DNA from: Candidatus Freyarchaeum deiterrae
GTDB lineage: Archaea; Asgardarchaeota; Jordiarchaeia; Jordiarchaeales; Jordiarchaeaceae
DNA: 64,000 nucleotides
Direction of reading: 5' to 3'
Assembly: GCA_037305845.1 (NCBI GenBank)
Contig: CP147778.1
Coordinates: 1,792,001-1,856,000 of the forward strand
The notes under the pieces are model-generated. The model saw only the letters and a list, made by a program, of their open reading frames with translations, did no database searches and was not told where the DNA came from. Positions 33,201 through 40,070 of this stretch are shown here, in pieces (position 1 is the first letter of the stretch; each line of letters begins with the position of its first letter). The position numbers and the translations under genes were made by a program.

Positions 33201-36200
33201 TGGGATAAAGCGGGCAATATTGGAACCGTTTATTCCACGTTTGGCATTATTCCATACTCTGATAAATATTCTCTTCATTTTCAAGGATCAGATAATTATT
33301 ATTATGGATGTGCTTCATTTGCTGCTTACGTTCAAATGATTCAACAAGAAATTGAGAGCGCGCACCTGCGGGGAAACGGAACCAGTCAGGGGGGCTCTGC
33401 CCGAGGTGTAGACGAGTCTGGTTCCGAGCTGGTCTTCAATGGACTTGCCCCTATGGGTGTTTCCGAGAAGAGTGCTTCTAGTTTTGGCCTCTTTTCTAGT
33501 GATTATGATGTTTGTGGAGGAACTGGTGAGGGTGGTAATGAAAGTGGTGGAGAACCTCTTGAGAACCCAGTTACCGTGGAGCAGGCTTTGAATTACGAGT
33601 TCTCCGAGGATGTCTCTTTCCTTCCCTGGATGAAGATGTCGTTCCGAGTCTTTGGGTCTCCTCGGGATATTAGTTTGAACGTGAAGTTCGGTGTTGCTCC
33701 GTATATTCGATTGTTCTTTGATCCGTTGAGCTTTGAGCAGTATGGAAGCAAGGAGGACAGTGCGCTTCTACGCTCTACTCCTGACACTTGGAACACTTTC
33801 ACGATACCCTTGTACCGCATGGCTAAGGAGCTGGGCTTGTTTAATGGTTTTAACGCTCCTACTAACATCAGCACGATTAGTGTTAGTGCTTATGGTGAGC
33901 GTAAGACTTGGGAGAGTTGGGCGATTTTCGATAACTTCTGGGTGGCGACGCCGGTTCCTCTGGTTGAGGATTACGCGGAAAAGGCGGCTCTCTCCCGCGA
34001 CAACTACTACAAGATTCTCAACGTTACTAAGGAGAGTAATTTTGAGCTTTTGAAGCAGGACATTTCTGAGATTTTTGCGGCGAGCTACATGGGTGACTTT
34101 GAGTACTTGGCGGAGGTTCTGGGGATTTTCACTCAGCACCTGTTTCCATCGGGCGAGATGGCGGAGTTCACGGACGCCTCTGTCCGAGTCATAAGCTATA
34201 ATAACAGTTTGAATGAAAGCGTGCCCCTGTTCGTGTTATACAGCTTCCCAGGAGGTTTGGAGAACGTTTCCTTCTTAGCCGCCTATAACTATACTAATAT
34301 TCCGAATTTGGATCTTTCGCGAGAGGCGGTACTTAACGCTAACCTCACGCAATTGTGTCAACTGCTGGCTCGGGGCGGAGGTGTGCTTACGCCTTATGGT
34401 TTAAGTGACCAAGATTTGGCGTATCTGCCGTATGGTACGGCGAGCTTCGTTATAATTAATGATACGGTTTGTATTGACCGTTTGAGCGCCAAGCCGTGCA
34501 CCATCCAGAGCGTGCTGGCTACCATTGCCAGTATTGCGGAGAGGGTGTGGAATCACAAGTGTGTGGCTCAGGTTGTGGAGCAGGAGGAGGAGGCTCAGGA
34601 GATTGGGTCTCTGAGAGCGTTCATTAACGAGGAGGCTTATCGGGTTGATACGTTCAATAAGTTGCTGGCGGCTTTGCAGTGGGTTAACTACATGCACCCG
34701 TATAACTGGGACAAGAAGAGCTTTGATGTTCTCCTCGACCCTGTTAATAGCCCTTACTGGCTCTCCTACACTTATGCGGCTTGGGGTAACGAGACTGGGT
34801 ATGAGCGGCTGAGCGAGTGTCTGGCTAATATTACTCAGATGCTGGATTTTGGCGATTACTTCGGAGCTCCGCCGGTGTTCATCACTTCTGGTGAGTATAA
34901 CCGTACCGCGGGTGCGGCGGGGGAGAAATGTGTGCTTATCTATAAGGCTCTAGAGAGGGATGCAAGCTGGAATTATCTATTGGGTGCGGTTCAGGGTGAG
35001 ATTTTGTGTGCTATATTTAATGACACTGATGTTTTGAATGTGGCTAGGGAGTTCGGGAGGCGGGTGAACTCCACACTGGCGGATGTTTACGTTTACCTCG
35101 CGGAAATGGCTTTCATGTATACCAGACCCTACAACACAGAGGATATACTCGGTAGTCCTGTTTCTGAAAATATACAAGCATTGTTCAGCGGGTCTCTTGG
35201 AGGAGTCGAACAGATTCTCAGTAACATAGGGGAGTTTGCTGATAACCTTACTATGCTTCCCTTCCTTAATCTTAAGAATACATTGGACATTATGTTCATG
35301 CAAAAACTCAACAAACAATTGGCAATTTTGGGCGTGGGTATGGGTTTGGGACCAACGGGGTTTAAAGACGTCATAGATAGGTTAGGGGATGAAGAAACAT
35401 CTAAGGCAAGTTCGGTTTACTCTTCAGAAGAAGACTATATTATAGACCCTGAGTTACTTTCAGTTTCTTGCCCACTAATTCCAATGCCTTCGGAATCATT
35501 TCTCTATGAAAGCTCAGAATCACACTGGAGATCGGTAATAGATAATCCGTATACCAATTTTCTATTACCTGATATGGTGGAATACGCTAAGAAAGTGAAT
35601 GTGAATCTTCCAGAGGGACAGAAGAAGGGAATAATCAGCCCTATAATAAATACGGCTTTACAAACTTTTGGATTGGAGAGTGGGTCGATAGGCTCAGTTA
35701 TGCTTAGACTATTTGCAGCAGGACGATGGCCTGTGGGCCAACCCCTTAAAATATTCATTGACCAGAAAATTGCGGACTATATGAATTTACCTAAAACGAC
35801 CGACCTAAAAGTAGCTGACTACTGGTTTGAGAAGCTAATCGACGCTTCGCCTTGGTACTTGGATTTGACAACAGGCTTACTCGAGATGCTGGATGATTAT
35901 GAGAACCCGGCGGGTACAGTATACTGGGGAGTTGATGTTTTTAGCTCAATTCTTGTTCCTGCAGGGAGTGGTGGAGCGTTTCTCAAAGTTAGTGTTTCCA
36001 TCAAGAACGATCCTGGTACTTGCAACGGGAGATTAGCGTATCTAAGCATGAGAGATGGTGAGGGGAAATTGATTCTTAGTAACGAGAGGCTGGTATCGAT
36101 GGGATGGGGGATACTGAAAAACCACGACCTGCCCGACGGCGACGGTGTAGGGCAGCTCTGGCATAATGATAATGTTGAACTGTTTATTGATAGAAATACT

Positions 36201-39200
36201 GGGAGGATAACGAAGTACATGGTTCAAGATATGACTACTCTGAAAAACCCAGACTTGGATGAAGGCTTTGCTAATGGTCAGCGTTACGGTGCGGATAACA
36301 TGGATAGGGTGATCATTGATATACCTCAAGAAGGTGGTGAAGAGATGGTTGATTGTGATGTAACAAATCGCGAGTGGATGGGAAGCGCAAAGACTGGTTG
36401 CGGTATGACTCATATGTGCTTCGTTTTCAAAAATTTGGATAGGATTAACCCAGTTCAAACTATCTCCGGTGAAGATAAAGTATCTGGTATCCATAGATCT
36501 CTTTGGAAATCGAGAATAGCCTATGAAAAGGAGACAGGAGGATATAAAAACAGGCCGATGCAACAAGAAATTCCTGATGCCCCTGAATTTCAGTATTATC
36601 CTATTTTAAGATATTTAATACGTGATTTAGGTCTGTCATACGCTGAACCAATTTACAGAATGCGTATTGAAAATACTCCTGCATCTGATAAATCGGTACC
36701 ACAGATAAATAGTATCTTAGAATTATTTGATGTGGCTGCGCGTATGCCTCTGGATTGGGCTGTCATTAAAGATTTTGTGCACCATAACTTCATGGAACTA
36801 GAGTTGGACGTTATGACAAGTCCAGATAGAATAATTAGTGAGCGAACAAGCTATCTTTCACTGTTCCATGAGGCTCTACTAGATTACGATGGCAAGAAGG
36901 TCTTTGTTAGCCGAATTATGGATCTCCTTCTTTTATCTTACACTCATTGTCTCTTCGGAACCAGCCATGCTAACACCGAATACTTTGTTATTCCTGAGAA
37001 TACGATTAAGGAACAGCCTAAAGATGGCCTAGGAAACATAATACCTACGAGCGAGTGGGATCATAGTAAGAAATCCCTAGCAATATTCCTAGACCAAATG
37101 CCCTACCCCTCACAGCCCAAAGTTTCTCTAATAGCCATACCTGTATTCAAAGAGGGGGCGGGAATAACACAGCTTACTCCCATCGACAAGATATTTGAAC
37201 GCCAGCATAAACAGCCGAGTCCAGCTATCCCTATTGAAAATAAAGAGGAACTTGTGTATGGTAATGTGGAATATTACCTGTTATATCATTATGTTCCCAG
37301 TGACGTAGAGAATCCCTACAAACCTTACTCAAACATTGTAAATCCCAGTACAAACATTTTTGCTCCGGATGATCTAAAATTGGGAGACATGAACGAAATA
37401 ATCAAGTTCCTCAGAATCATGCAAAGGATATGTCAATTAACCGGTAGCTACGGTAGACCGGGCCAAGAGAATTACGATCGTTCCACTGCAGCGTTCCTAA
37501 AACAACTGGAGGGGTTGATGATGAATTATCAGGAGGCTGGTTTAAAAATATTCGAGGCGCTGGGTGGATTTGAGGCCATGGATAAGATGCGGGAATTTTA
37601 TCCACTCCACCCACTGACAAATACGCAACAACAAGGGCTAATCATGGTCAAGGACATGTTCAGTGACCTCTTCGATATTATAAATAGTAAGACGGCTACA
37701 GAACAAGAAAAAGCAGCTGCGCAAGGCCTTCTAAAGTCTCGTAAGGAAAGTTACCCTGAGGCTTGGGCTTTTTATGAAATTCTACCCGAAACTGATTGGA
37801 TTCCTACTGATATTAACGGTTTTATATTCCTTCTTTCAATTATAGGAGCTGAAAGAGTTGGAGGGAACATCTATATTCCAATGAAGTGGCATGAATCCAA
37901 TAACTTCTTCGCCTTCTCAACTGAGGATAAAGTAGGAGAAAATGAAAAAGGAGTGGCTACATTTAACCCCGATGAGTTTGTTGAAAAATTAAATAAATTA
38001 GGTACACCTATGAAAATTAAGCTGGTTAACGGAGAAATGGTGAGATATAAAGATGGCAGATGCCAGTTAGAGCCTTTCAAAGATGAGTTGGGCAATAAAA
38101 AAACGTTTGGTCTGCTTACCCCTGAGGAGCGTAGTCAGGTAGTTGCCATAAATCTTGAAACGAATGTTGACCCGTATCTTATTAGGAATGCTTTCGGAAA
38201 TAAGATAATGGTAAATGATAGGTTGCTGGTGGAGACTCCACAGGGTACTGACCCAATGAAGAACTGTCTTGAATGGTATAAGGCTGTTACGAAGTGTGAA
38301 TCGATTCGTACAGGAGGGCGACCTGCGGCTTTATACGCTTGTTGGAAATTTATTGCTGGAGAGTATTATGATTTAGAATTAGATATTGTAAAAGATAATC
38401 AGTTTAAACTTGAACTTCTTGATTACGCTATTGAAAAGTTCCACAAGTTGATTCCTGTAGAAATTCTTAAGATGTGGGAACTTCACACCGAATCGCATAA
38501 AGAGTTAAATGTTCTCCGCTCGGTTCTTCAGCTTTTTATTATAATTGATGCTACTGGTGCTAGTACTGAAGCTGGTGTCACACAAGATTTCGGTCAGCGA
38601 CGTGGAAGCCCTAAGGTGGATACCTTTTATATTAATCTTATAAATAAACTGACTGACGTAGTTAAGAGTGGTAATGTTTACGAGATTACGGGGCTCATCT
38701 TTACAGATGCCTTGATTTTTATGGCAAATGAACTGCAGAAGAACCCGAACACTGCATTTCAAGCCTTTATGCTTCACAATATTATCAAGTTGGGAAGCGT
38801 TGCGAGCGCTATTGAATCTCTACGACCTGAGAATGTTCTACACGGTGGGGCTATGACGCTTTGGAGTATCCAACTTTCTAAGATTATGACGGAGAAAATT
38901 GCAATGGCTTCAGAAAACCTAAAGAAATACAGTTCCGTAGAAACCGTCAAATCTCTATACGGTCAGGAACTCGTTGCTATGCTCAAGTACGAAGGATGTA
39001 ACGAAGCACAAATATCATACATCACGGGGTTCACGTTGGCAGAGGTAAACCAGTTTGTGCAGGAATGGAAGATTCGCTGTGATAAGGAAAATATAGAGGA
39101 AAGAATGGCGCAGGAAATATTTGTATCTGTGATTGATAAGGTCTGTCAGGTTGCAAACCTTAAGTTCACCGATAAGTTCAAATTCCAGTTGATAGCGGGA

Positions 39201-39953
39201 GGTAGCTTGACTCTCAACTCTCTTTACATGGCTGGAAAAAACGTGGTTCCCTTCCTCATGATATTCGCTCCTATTATGCAGGTAATCGGCTACACTGCTG
39301 TCAGCTGGTTTGAAGGTCGGTCAATCTCTCTTCTGCCCGTTTTCGGTAACGACTCTCTCTTTGGTGGGGCGGTAACCCGATGGTGCTTGGATCCCACTCA
39401 GAATATGCTCACCTCTATTCTGATGGGGTTCGCCGTGGAATTGACCGATTACATGGAGTTTGGGGCTGAGGGGAGTCCTTTCGCTGGAAAAAGCTTCGAA
39501 AAGTTGGGCAAAATCATAGACATGGACTATATTAACGTTATTTTGACTGGCTGTCAGGGTGGTATGATTAATCTTGGTTTGAGCTACGTTTCTGGGGATA
39601 CTATAGCTGACCTTATGAAGCCTCTTTTTGGTGTTGTGGGTATCGTTTCTATGATTCCTCAGGTTGATCAGTTCTACAAGACCTGCATCTGGCCCATCGC
39701 CAAATTTACACTAGGAGCCGCACTCATGGGTGGAATTAAACCTATCGTGGGGAGCGCCATCGCTAACGTGGCTGCAATTAACGCCATTAACGCTGCTGAA
39801 AATGCCTTCATGAACAGCGTGTTTGGCACAGGACTTTTTGATGACGTAACCTTTGATTTTAGCGCTTTTACTGATTATCTTCCAGGTTTCGGCTGGGGTG
39901 ACTACGATTACATTTCAAACTATATCACCCACTATATGTACGGGGTCTGGTAG
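18228..39953 (+). CDS. Giant (7241 aa) secreted/surface glycoprotein: CBM-like modules, two DNRLRE-like domains, DUF2341, Ig-like (Big) repeats and an unrelated C-terminal region with hydrophobic helices
   Basis: 21.7-kb uninterrupted ORF with a hydrophobic N terminus and dense N-x-S/T sequons. DUF2341 signature WLTGWSYRKPV...DGSDIRF...FWIE...VWIK...YYG...FFDDFSG; Ig-like P...LNVTAxD...VDxxxP units at ~31250-33250. Confidence 0.88.
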   Translation: MCVFLIALFIGADAQQMQAVQQQIDDILHYVNMPDIQQAERDGNITHSLNIFFQGQAIGLYEGGWPWGHGYEADVWDSDYEKTNPGHVYVYNNTKNIGGRRTLYFEIISYPYYDINSLPDGLVRELCGNYTDPLAKPEPLVIYCQYDDEKVPWAGDKTSLSTFLGRMLLLSKLRHIDYSSPIDLAEQWSNYLDRYQFDFNDLDYIYRNFPLVLQNPWLWLQSGSSLNSLMELVGSGVKLSDFSFVSGDNPLFNFLNSVWGAEEYHSLWEAAFNQTNAWQLVRYNDTFVPLPYLVTYTHILDEMGVLDLFGESGSELYGAYNNWGLNLNGSNSLYSYEFILSSIFDSRAESLLIDSCSNASMWNATGENATLSTDGYSVTVSVMGNHSNTTTLSHNLAQPVDLSPYDSLLLWFNMINATRSNFATLKITLYDGEGDWREYSTWAYDTSDRWERITLDLDEPDLQSGSFGSLTNITITATLNQILNYSLSIDDVRVNSHILGECLWDTDWSHQLVNGTGDLNIAVYGFPYVYDYYPYSLGLEWNLSSSNGSAAYVYDPQGVWSLDSQSFLTFMLYGFGTEDQNASLKVRLCIDENNSLDYSLGKVDWYGWRKVVIPLSLMNETGNENLSSVDYLKFELGEMSNGTGMLVVSDAELDSAQWAKVEFVVPDTVRDADGDNHPSISLDCWNGAEWVTVGQWDADDSNSTIAQETLWGNLTYLDGTPSSDLFSGQSLCLYPVGTGSQNPYSGFAGDINYTTAEDSAGFAVLLPSPSQENLSSVLFRVEVCFDDSNYYVNTRDYPLAFFYFNSSFTNMSLKANDTEMAEHELFYGNGSTVLFLDLEAALDNVNLKEFRADAGNVTLTSAFFSCLDDWTVDSLNSTVFVAGGEEEGGVFVQGSEHLYLNYTFSPELSISYDNAYVDVVYSSSYSSSSEQNQTNLALWVRVDDNWLNYSLPNDAESKRIRIPLNGTHMEEICFEHTTNNTTTDWFKVESLEVFYLTNITQYLQTALGYMNETSLTAPGYNPRFTQTLNTTELPTSLSAWAYVNGSSSLTVEFFDENGAFLKSDTVCSGGSNWYPVCLVDLTQPANASTLKFIVAADKLDHAYLCPSILTSSGIYESFNSLEGWTALGNGTAENNSQGLTVTLNNGTLTLWTDVSELGFDFSSFDTIAAAYNISGDVKANIVFDWLLVDADGNQAEYQSYVNLSRDSACAIDPISQYYKIYAPISFPFEDCVENFSYTNFDLNRIMLNFSGTGQANVSWVQTLYIPDWYFISVTENITSTHLYVNWLTKSLVFGGVFNSSAGEPNWVGLMHTFSEDVNLTTNPVLEVNFRTQNTSLKLGLEVLVYDELGFQWVWAKLPASEVIFEHPIYTPTFVNIPDYLRSNNGRLYTSLRAIRLYVNDTTGNYSGLGSMEISSIWLHPACGAPLSFLVLDDFEADDLSRWQEEAGWLLPYTDLNQWSSNQIICGGNIAYGPPGWEDDSFQTGWYSGYNYSSNGDVLTWTPSNYPLNVYNITGGSSDAEVELSTYLNTRWFRPGDTQMRLGREDTTCWVYVPPYAYPVTVYVYKRTFVRFPLYIPENAIITNAWISLKSKTNETNSIPCAVNLLDSGNFPEFTDDPWNWPTSGGAVGWTAPSTIADCWYNTSNISTLVQRFINTTGYYPGKYVGFRLMDNDTIGAWKTWYTYESDPQNAPKLYVSYTVPGNYYISKAVNVDVGEYPCLVFRAKCNVDNSTIHLALGTPEDRYYFKTYFELNQSYRTFAIPISNGFNATSITIFYPDFQNVKVDIDYLGLLRSVSLEGTVMNSSLSVNGGFENGDFYNWTLSQCYGCTVESPELVAEGVHAGNITCNGVGQWLSRTVSGDNIVKFSIYKPSSFNASNRYFFQLYDADPWGSGKKITFYLVDSFDTNMSEYGDSKNKALKWSQKNGTYKDYYIDPHALYNLYWNNTDPTQIEVRFGVEANQSSNMVIDGFGVWDRGSGLAPNNIAIYPSMPLDNHDSLKLLYSFPSESTDVCTYTFTIDRDFSQEKYFSLWVYQDQYNKKWNHTLDICLRCKDGSFGGWNMTMNWSQDLKRLVLPLDNFTYESGSVVSGQLEKIVVSLKDQYGYVKEDGWILLSGLLFGHQYNFTLTSESYSGSGAVRIQNPSGGWVKIFASGNETGTIPFTPDELLCFAAKPKGDTPWAVMVDLALKDGSTATLVWYRGSRPIPSEYPYDYLTQIDSNPDNWNEYRLNLFDAVKNYAEQMGRGGFQRIEKIAFLVGPGEVVFDSVLVRNVPENLDTSPLSVLSSPVIFFYDEAYPCSCGAGGNDWSLVNETLTTLEAGLKSMNISVVWADAQEVRKLVSTYPRSVLVIVGSIVPDTLCGREGYSVLENFVERGGTVLFLSDDYAPVSAVGREGYETLWFQGMGLEYLLDAKSPTIELFNYSSLKPLSITMDPTEMGGGLGALNGLNTSGFAWLIPYLRYQNLWVETYYYNSSEQLGRGVCVRPQDSLGYVAEFPLSMVSDGNDTGVVVKFVSDHFIDLWLDTSGSNFDDYERPLPGVSDEKFMDYYGEMKAGNWSFSTDIPEEEYYASAEFQAFWHVYLNASLSSERNDSITATYTVSPNSTILLSEFPFFTATVLTIGNYTRLKLEAEVSGQYYTLFDDNASDWRKYVWYLPNICAEDEFQGMRVTLYENDTCGTGNASVTLTNLGAYTVAVPEYGFPKSLNVNFQNSSVYDYLFSGDSDYPFMGFKFNDTQNSVYTITREYPHPFSFLEYPYLEFASSGSEGNYTVELWLQKKCGEQSYAWYLLDCFNGSDSGSSQMVMGYNLYAKFNAYYEQFKSITADLKGWKLIVRGNASQNSSKNCLFTLKYIALTDYYTGWRIYPGGMDYTGGQGYGDGGEIVLSLEQELGASDSSISSKENIGLSPNVSSVGDSSSSGQDSPTVSESVKPSEVDVSEIVSKEDYCLSPSAWCVYNSSGGVEAKIVSGEFIELRMRRAIADDWAMFRYDLGEGVNVSQTNFIDFKMRVRPEGGLRIVAYAEFSSAGGLVELGEYSADGVWISWRLDVLSLLAKAGVNNSLVTGLVFKLVCEGGSGRYDCYVDLSYLKFSGFASWRGGLSTLFYDDGVYSVFHFEGLQGATIIYSIPSDYHDFSLTFNANYLLEKTSKGVNVFFYDFTQGSWVHISTLDRMDSWENVSVGIDGNFVRGYDGRFLVYLAPIYSQDIDVNLRLDSAEVMATTSTQNYLVQSGLLTMGLDGTVDSGDSSLPTNLDHVFDHLGGEAVWFGEDYYRGGSVSDWLTGWSYRKPVRVNNSGSVDLYNFQVKLTLQGTNSSQVGYVDFGKIAPDGSDIRFTAADGLNPISFWIENWNNTNQTATVWIKCPLLGNNSVTVYYMYYGFKNAESLSNGEDTFLFFDDFSGDILNPGNWIVTGNVTVNNGVVTIGGNSIESRIESTYKYGNMTIVQCRGQVSDDWSTPTQVTRIYSVDGSASDSELWTVVVYGTYYENHYTLSSMMLGPYIYYGSPFGSLSDFVRFKLDIPVGSTITNAYISLKSTNNESSTNIQSQVWLLNYYNCPDFSGGAVAIQDMPTVGSPVYWTPTVTYQDCWCNTANISSLIQSYISMSNYQPGVCYVGLRLNDMNTQVADKSWYQYDSGAGNAPKLVVAYVPPPGEGQSSAVVSLSDYSDPDPSDVITLGQVDCYDYKGKWVGAFRDYPPINYTIVNTNWSADTNWHTFQIYWLGANSTSLWIDSNKCNISSWYVPDGDNPLRVMHEANAAQRSGTKLFVDYTFVRKYAQVEPMVSYDSEQLPPSIPPASSSSVPVDRLSGSEMVHLYWHMLENVSSIDDYYLEFRLRSDMGAVFKENVQGEANAKLDLYREFMLSLRSVIEPPVNYSPDSDYSNVNMTVRLYVQYFYANNSAIPNGTILFNETTITYLDDNNWVSYVLDVPSRAPAGASKWTPLIRAVGRPADSFCHLFIDDMKCPQTYQTSQQNTSANIAWVAGGDGHGHVLNCSSNGSGDLTIWDQILNIPFSPDLLFNFDINPISGDGWWLGLKFRVQLYEFLTSYNATLNVTSPTSYVGPVDVSLSFDNGSCYKGSLFVMEDNATHVPFTVRNQTVLGDYVSNMSISILANVSAGETKQYKIFWSDYDNPLPDLVSPNLRVVNWTDSTQGENVSVNCTATDANMSRVVLHYYDGSANCSKDLVLQSGFYVGNFSYSGSYQFWVEAFDNCSNPMRTWIYPSNLPVLNVNMSESEVYIRDSIPAGTDSVWLYYSNGAEKCLNSTENSLTYGYRLNCGEGWNRFPRLPYSDILEIFTLRYETLPTWEPMVLERIEGGGIGNSSYMLDNMRWGLYPRTVLDYSRQSAMNFYFSYDSSIPVVSIVSGHVLSGVALLNASCSDIPSQILNETIGGIEHVEYTVSNSTGVVYNSIMVKEHTGNDTYVYTDFWYDYFDSTLLPDGFYKLNVSVWDKSGNRADDLQYVIVYNSRPLVEFLNVYGNMSVGGVLKVLVRTTDVFDVTNTSLTVTNIGTGNTTVYNMREGYFQNQNVWIYNVLFNQSGTYTLSCNATDYFGVGSDMVSVDISVDTNLPNVVINSPQPNEWVGGRYLLNVTAFDDNNISSVQWRVYMIADETTGRWEIPYGYSDIWNDTTPVGGDTYTANWNTTALNVSEWQTHRYVVVFRATDNNTVPSTVYRNVTVVVDNDNPNIISGPNIVASNNVEEGFSYNEAGTVIYTKCDTASLTFAVSDFRSSLFYDIEHNWSRANLEAYLGCLNITVLDEYEDGSRLYSDYIMVEGSGSFFLEIDNYALINGTHNLTITANDLAGNMNQSIRKIDVVVDKTPPIVIPILPRNGMWLKRIISANWLLEPILNLYSWLSSLLDEGERTPSWEEGVLFGVYVDDLDSPVLTNAIWLDLSNRPGLHFTMSPDYHQYMGMFDELPEQWIIYDMFSMINKEGSEDIFSSLLAGSGYTDLGLIKFKELYGDNVFWYGAYFTPLDFFFNIWSLSCLNPTTFTCKFTAWDKAGNIGTVYSTFGIIPYSDKYSLHFQGSDNYYYGCASFAAYVQMIQQEIESAHLRGNGTSQGGSARGVDESGSELVFNGLAPMGVSEKSASSFGLFSSDYDVCGGTGEGGNESGGEPLENPVTVEQALNYEFSEDVSFLPWMKMSFRVFGSPRDISLNVKFGVAPYIRLFFDPLSFEQYGSKEDSALLRSTPDTWNTFTIPLYRMAKELGLFNGFNAPTNISTISVSAYGERKTWESWAIFDNFWVATPVPLVEDYAEKAALSRDNYYKILNVTKESNFELLKQDISEIFAASYMGDFEYLAEVLGIFTQHLFPSGEMAEFTDASVRVISYNNSLNESVPLFVLYSFPGGLENVSFLAAYNYTNIPNLDLSREAVLNANLTQLCQLLARGGGVLTPYGLSDQDLAYLPYGTASFVIINDTVCIDRLSAKPCTIQSVLATIASIAERVWNHKCVAQVVEQEEEAQEIGSLRAFINEEAYRVDTFNKLLAALQWVNYMHPYNWDKKSFDVLLDPVNSPYWLSYTYAAWGNETGYERLSECLANITQMLDFGDYFGAPPVFITSGEYNRTAGAAGEKCVLIYKALERDASWNYLLGAVQGEILCAIFNDTDVLNVAREFGRRVNSTLADVYVYLAEMAFMYTRPYNTEDILGSPVSENIQALFSGSLGGVEQILSNIGEFADNLTMLPFLNLKNTLDIMFMQKLNKQLAILGVGMGLGPTGFKDVIDRLGDEETSKASSVYSSEEDYIIDPELLSVSCPLIPMPSESFLYESSESHWRSVIDNPYTNFLLPDMVEYAKKVNVNLPEGQKKGIISPIINTALQTFGLESGSIGSVMLRLFAAGRWPVGQPLKIFIDQKIADYMNLPKTTDLKVADYWFEKLIDASPWYLDLTTGLLEMLDDYENPAGTVYWGVDVFSSILVPAGSGGAFLKVSVSIKNDPGTCNGRLAYLSMRDGEGKLILSNERLVSMGWGILKNHDLPDGDGVGQLWHNDNVELFIDRNTGRITKYMVQDMTTLKNPDLDEGFANGQRYGADNMDRVIIDIPQEGGEEMVDCDVTNREWMGSAKTGCGMTHMCFVFKNLDRINPVQTISGEDKVSGIHRSLWKSRIAYEKETGGYKNRPMQQEIPDAPEFQYYPILRYLIRDLGLSYAEPIYRMRIENTPASDKSVPQINSILELFDVAARMPLDWAVIKDFVHHNFMELELDVMTSPDRIISERTSYLSLFHEALLDYDGKKVFVSRIMDLLLLSYTHCLFGTSHANTEYFVIPENTIKEQPKDGLGNIIPTSEWDHSKKSLAIFLDQMPYPSQPKVSLIAIPVFKEGAGITQLTPIDKIFERQHKQPSPAIPIENKEELVYGNVEYYLLYHYVPSDVENPYKPYSNIVNPSTNIFAPDDLKLGDMNEIIKFLRIMQRICQLTGSYGRPGQENYDRSTAAFLKQLEGLMMNYQEAGLKIFEALGGFEAMDKMREFYPLHPLTNTQQQGLIMVKDMFSDLFDIINSKTATEQEKAAAQGLLKSRKESYPEAWAFYEILPETDWIPTDINGFIFLLSIIGAERVGGNIYIPMKWHESNNFFAFSTEDKVGENEKGVATFNPDEFVEKLNKLGTPMKIKLVNGEMVRYKDGRCQLEPFKDELGNKKTFGLLTPEERSQVVAINLETNVDPYLIRNAFGNKIMVNDRLLVETPQGTDPMKNCLEWYKAVTKCESIRTGGRPAALYACWKFIAGEYYDLELDIVKDNQFKLELLDYAIEKFHKLIPVEILKMWELHTESHKELNVLRSVLQLFIIIDATGASTEAGVTQDFGQRRGSPKVDTFYINLINKLTDVVKSGNVYEITGLIFTDALIFMANELQKNPNTAFQAFMLHNIIKLGSVASAIESLRPENVLHGGAMTLWSIQLSKIMTEKIAMASENLKKYSSVETVKSLYGQELVAMLKYEGCNEAQISYITGFTLAEVNQFVQEWKIRCDKENIEERMAQEIFVSVIDKVCQVANLKFTDKFKFQLIAGGSLTLNSLYMAGKNVVPFLMIFAPIMQVIGYTAVSWFEGRSISLLPVFGNDSLFGGAVTRWCLDPTQNMLTSILMGFAVELTDYMEFGAEGSPFAGKSFEKLGKIIDMDYINVILTGCQGGMINLGLSYVSGDTIADLMKPLFGVVGIVSMIPQVDQFYKTCIWPIAKFTLGAALMGGIKPIVGSAIANVAAINAINAAENAFMNSVFGTGLFDDVTFDFSAFTDYLPGFGWGDYDYISNYITHYMYGVW

Positions 39954-40070
39954 TCGCAGTGACTGTGAGCCCCATAATGTTTTTTTAATTTTCAGGGATT
40001 TTTGGTGTACTTAGCTCTCAATATGGTGATGGTGAATTGAGTAATCAGCGGCTTTTTATTCCGAGAGAAC

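Noticed and set aside
29205-36566. Long antisense ORFs inside the giant gene (e.g. 30630-31304, 31614-32420)
   Set aside because: Shadow frames caused by codon bias; H/N/I-rich translations with no motifs.
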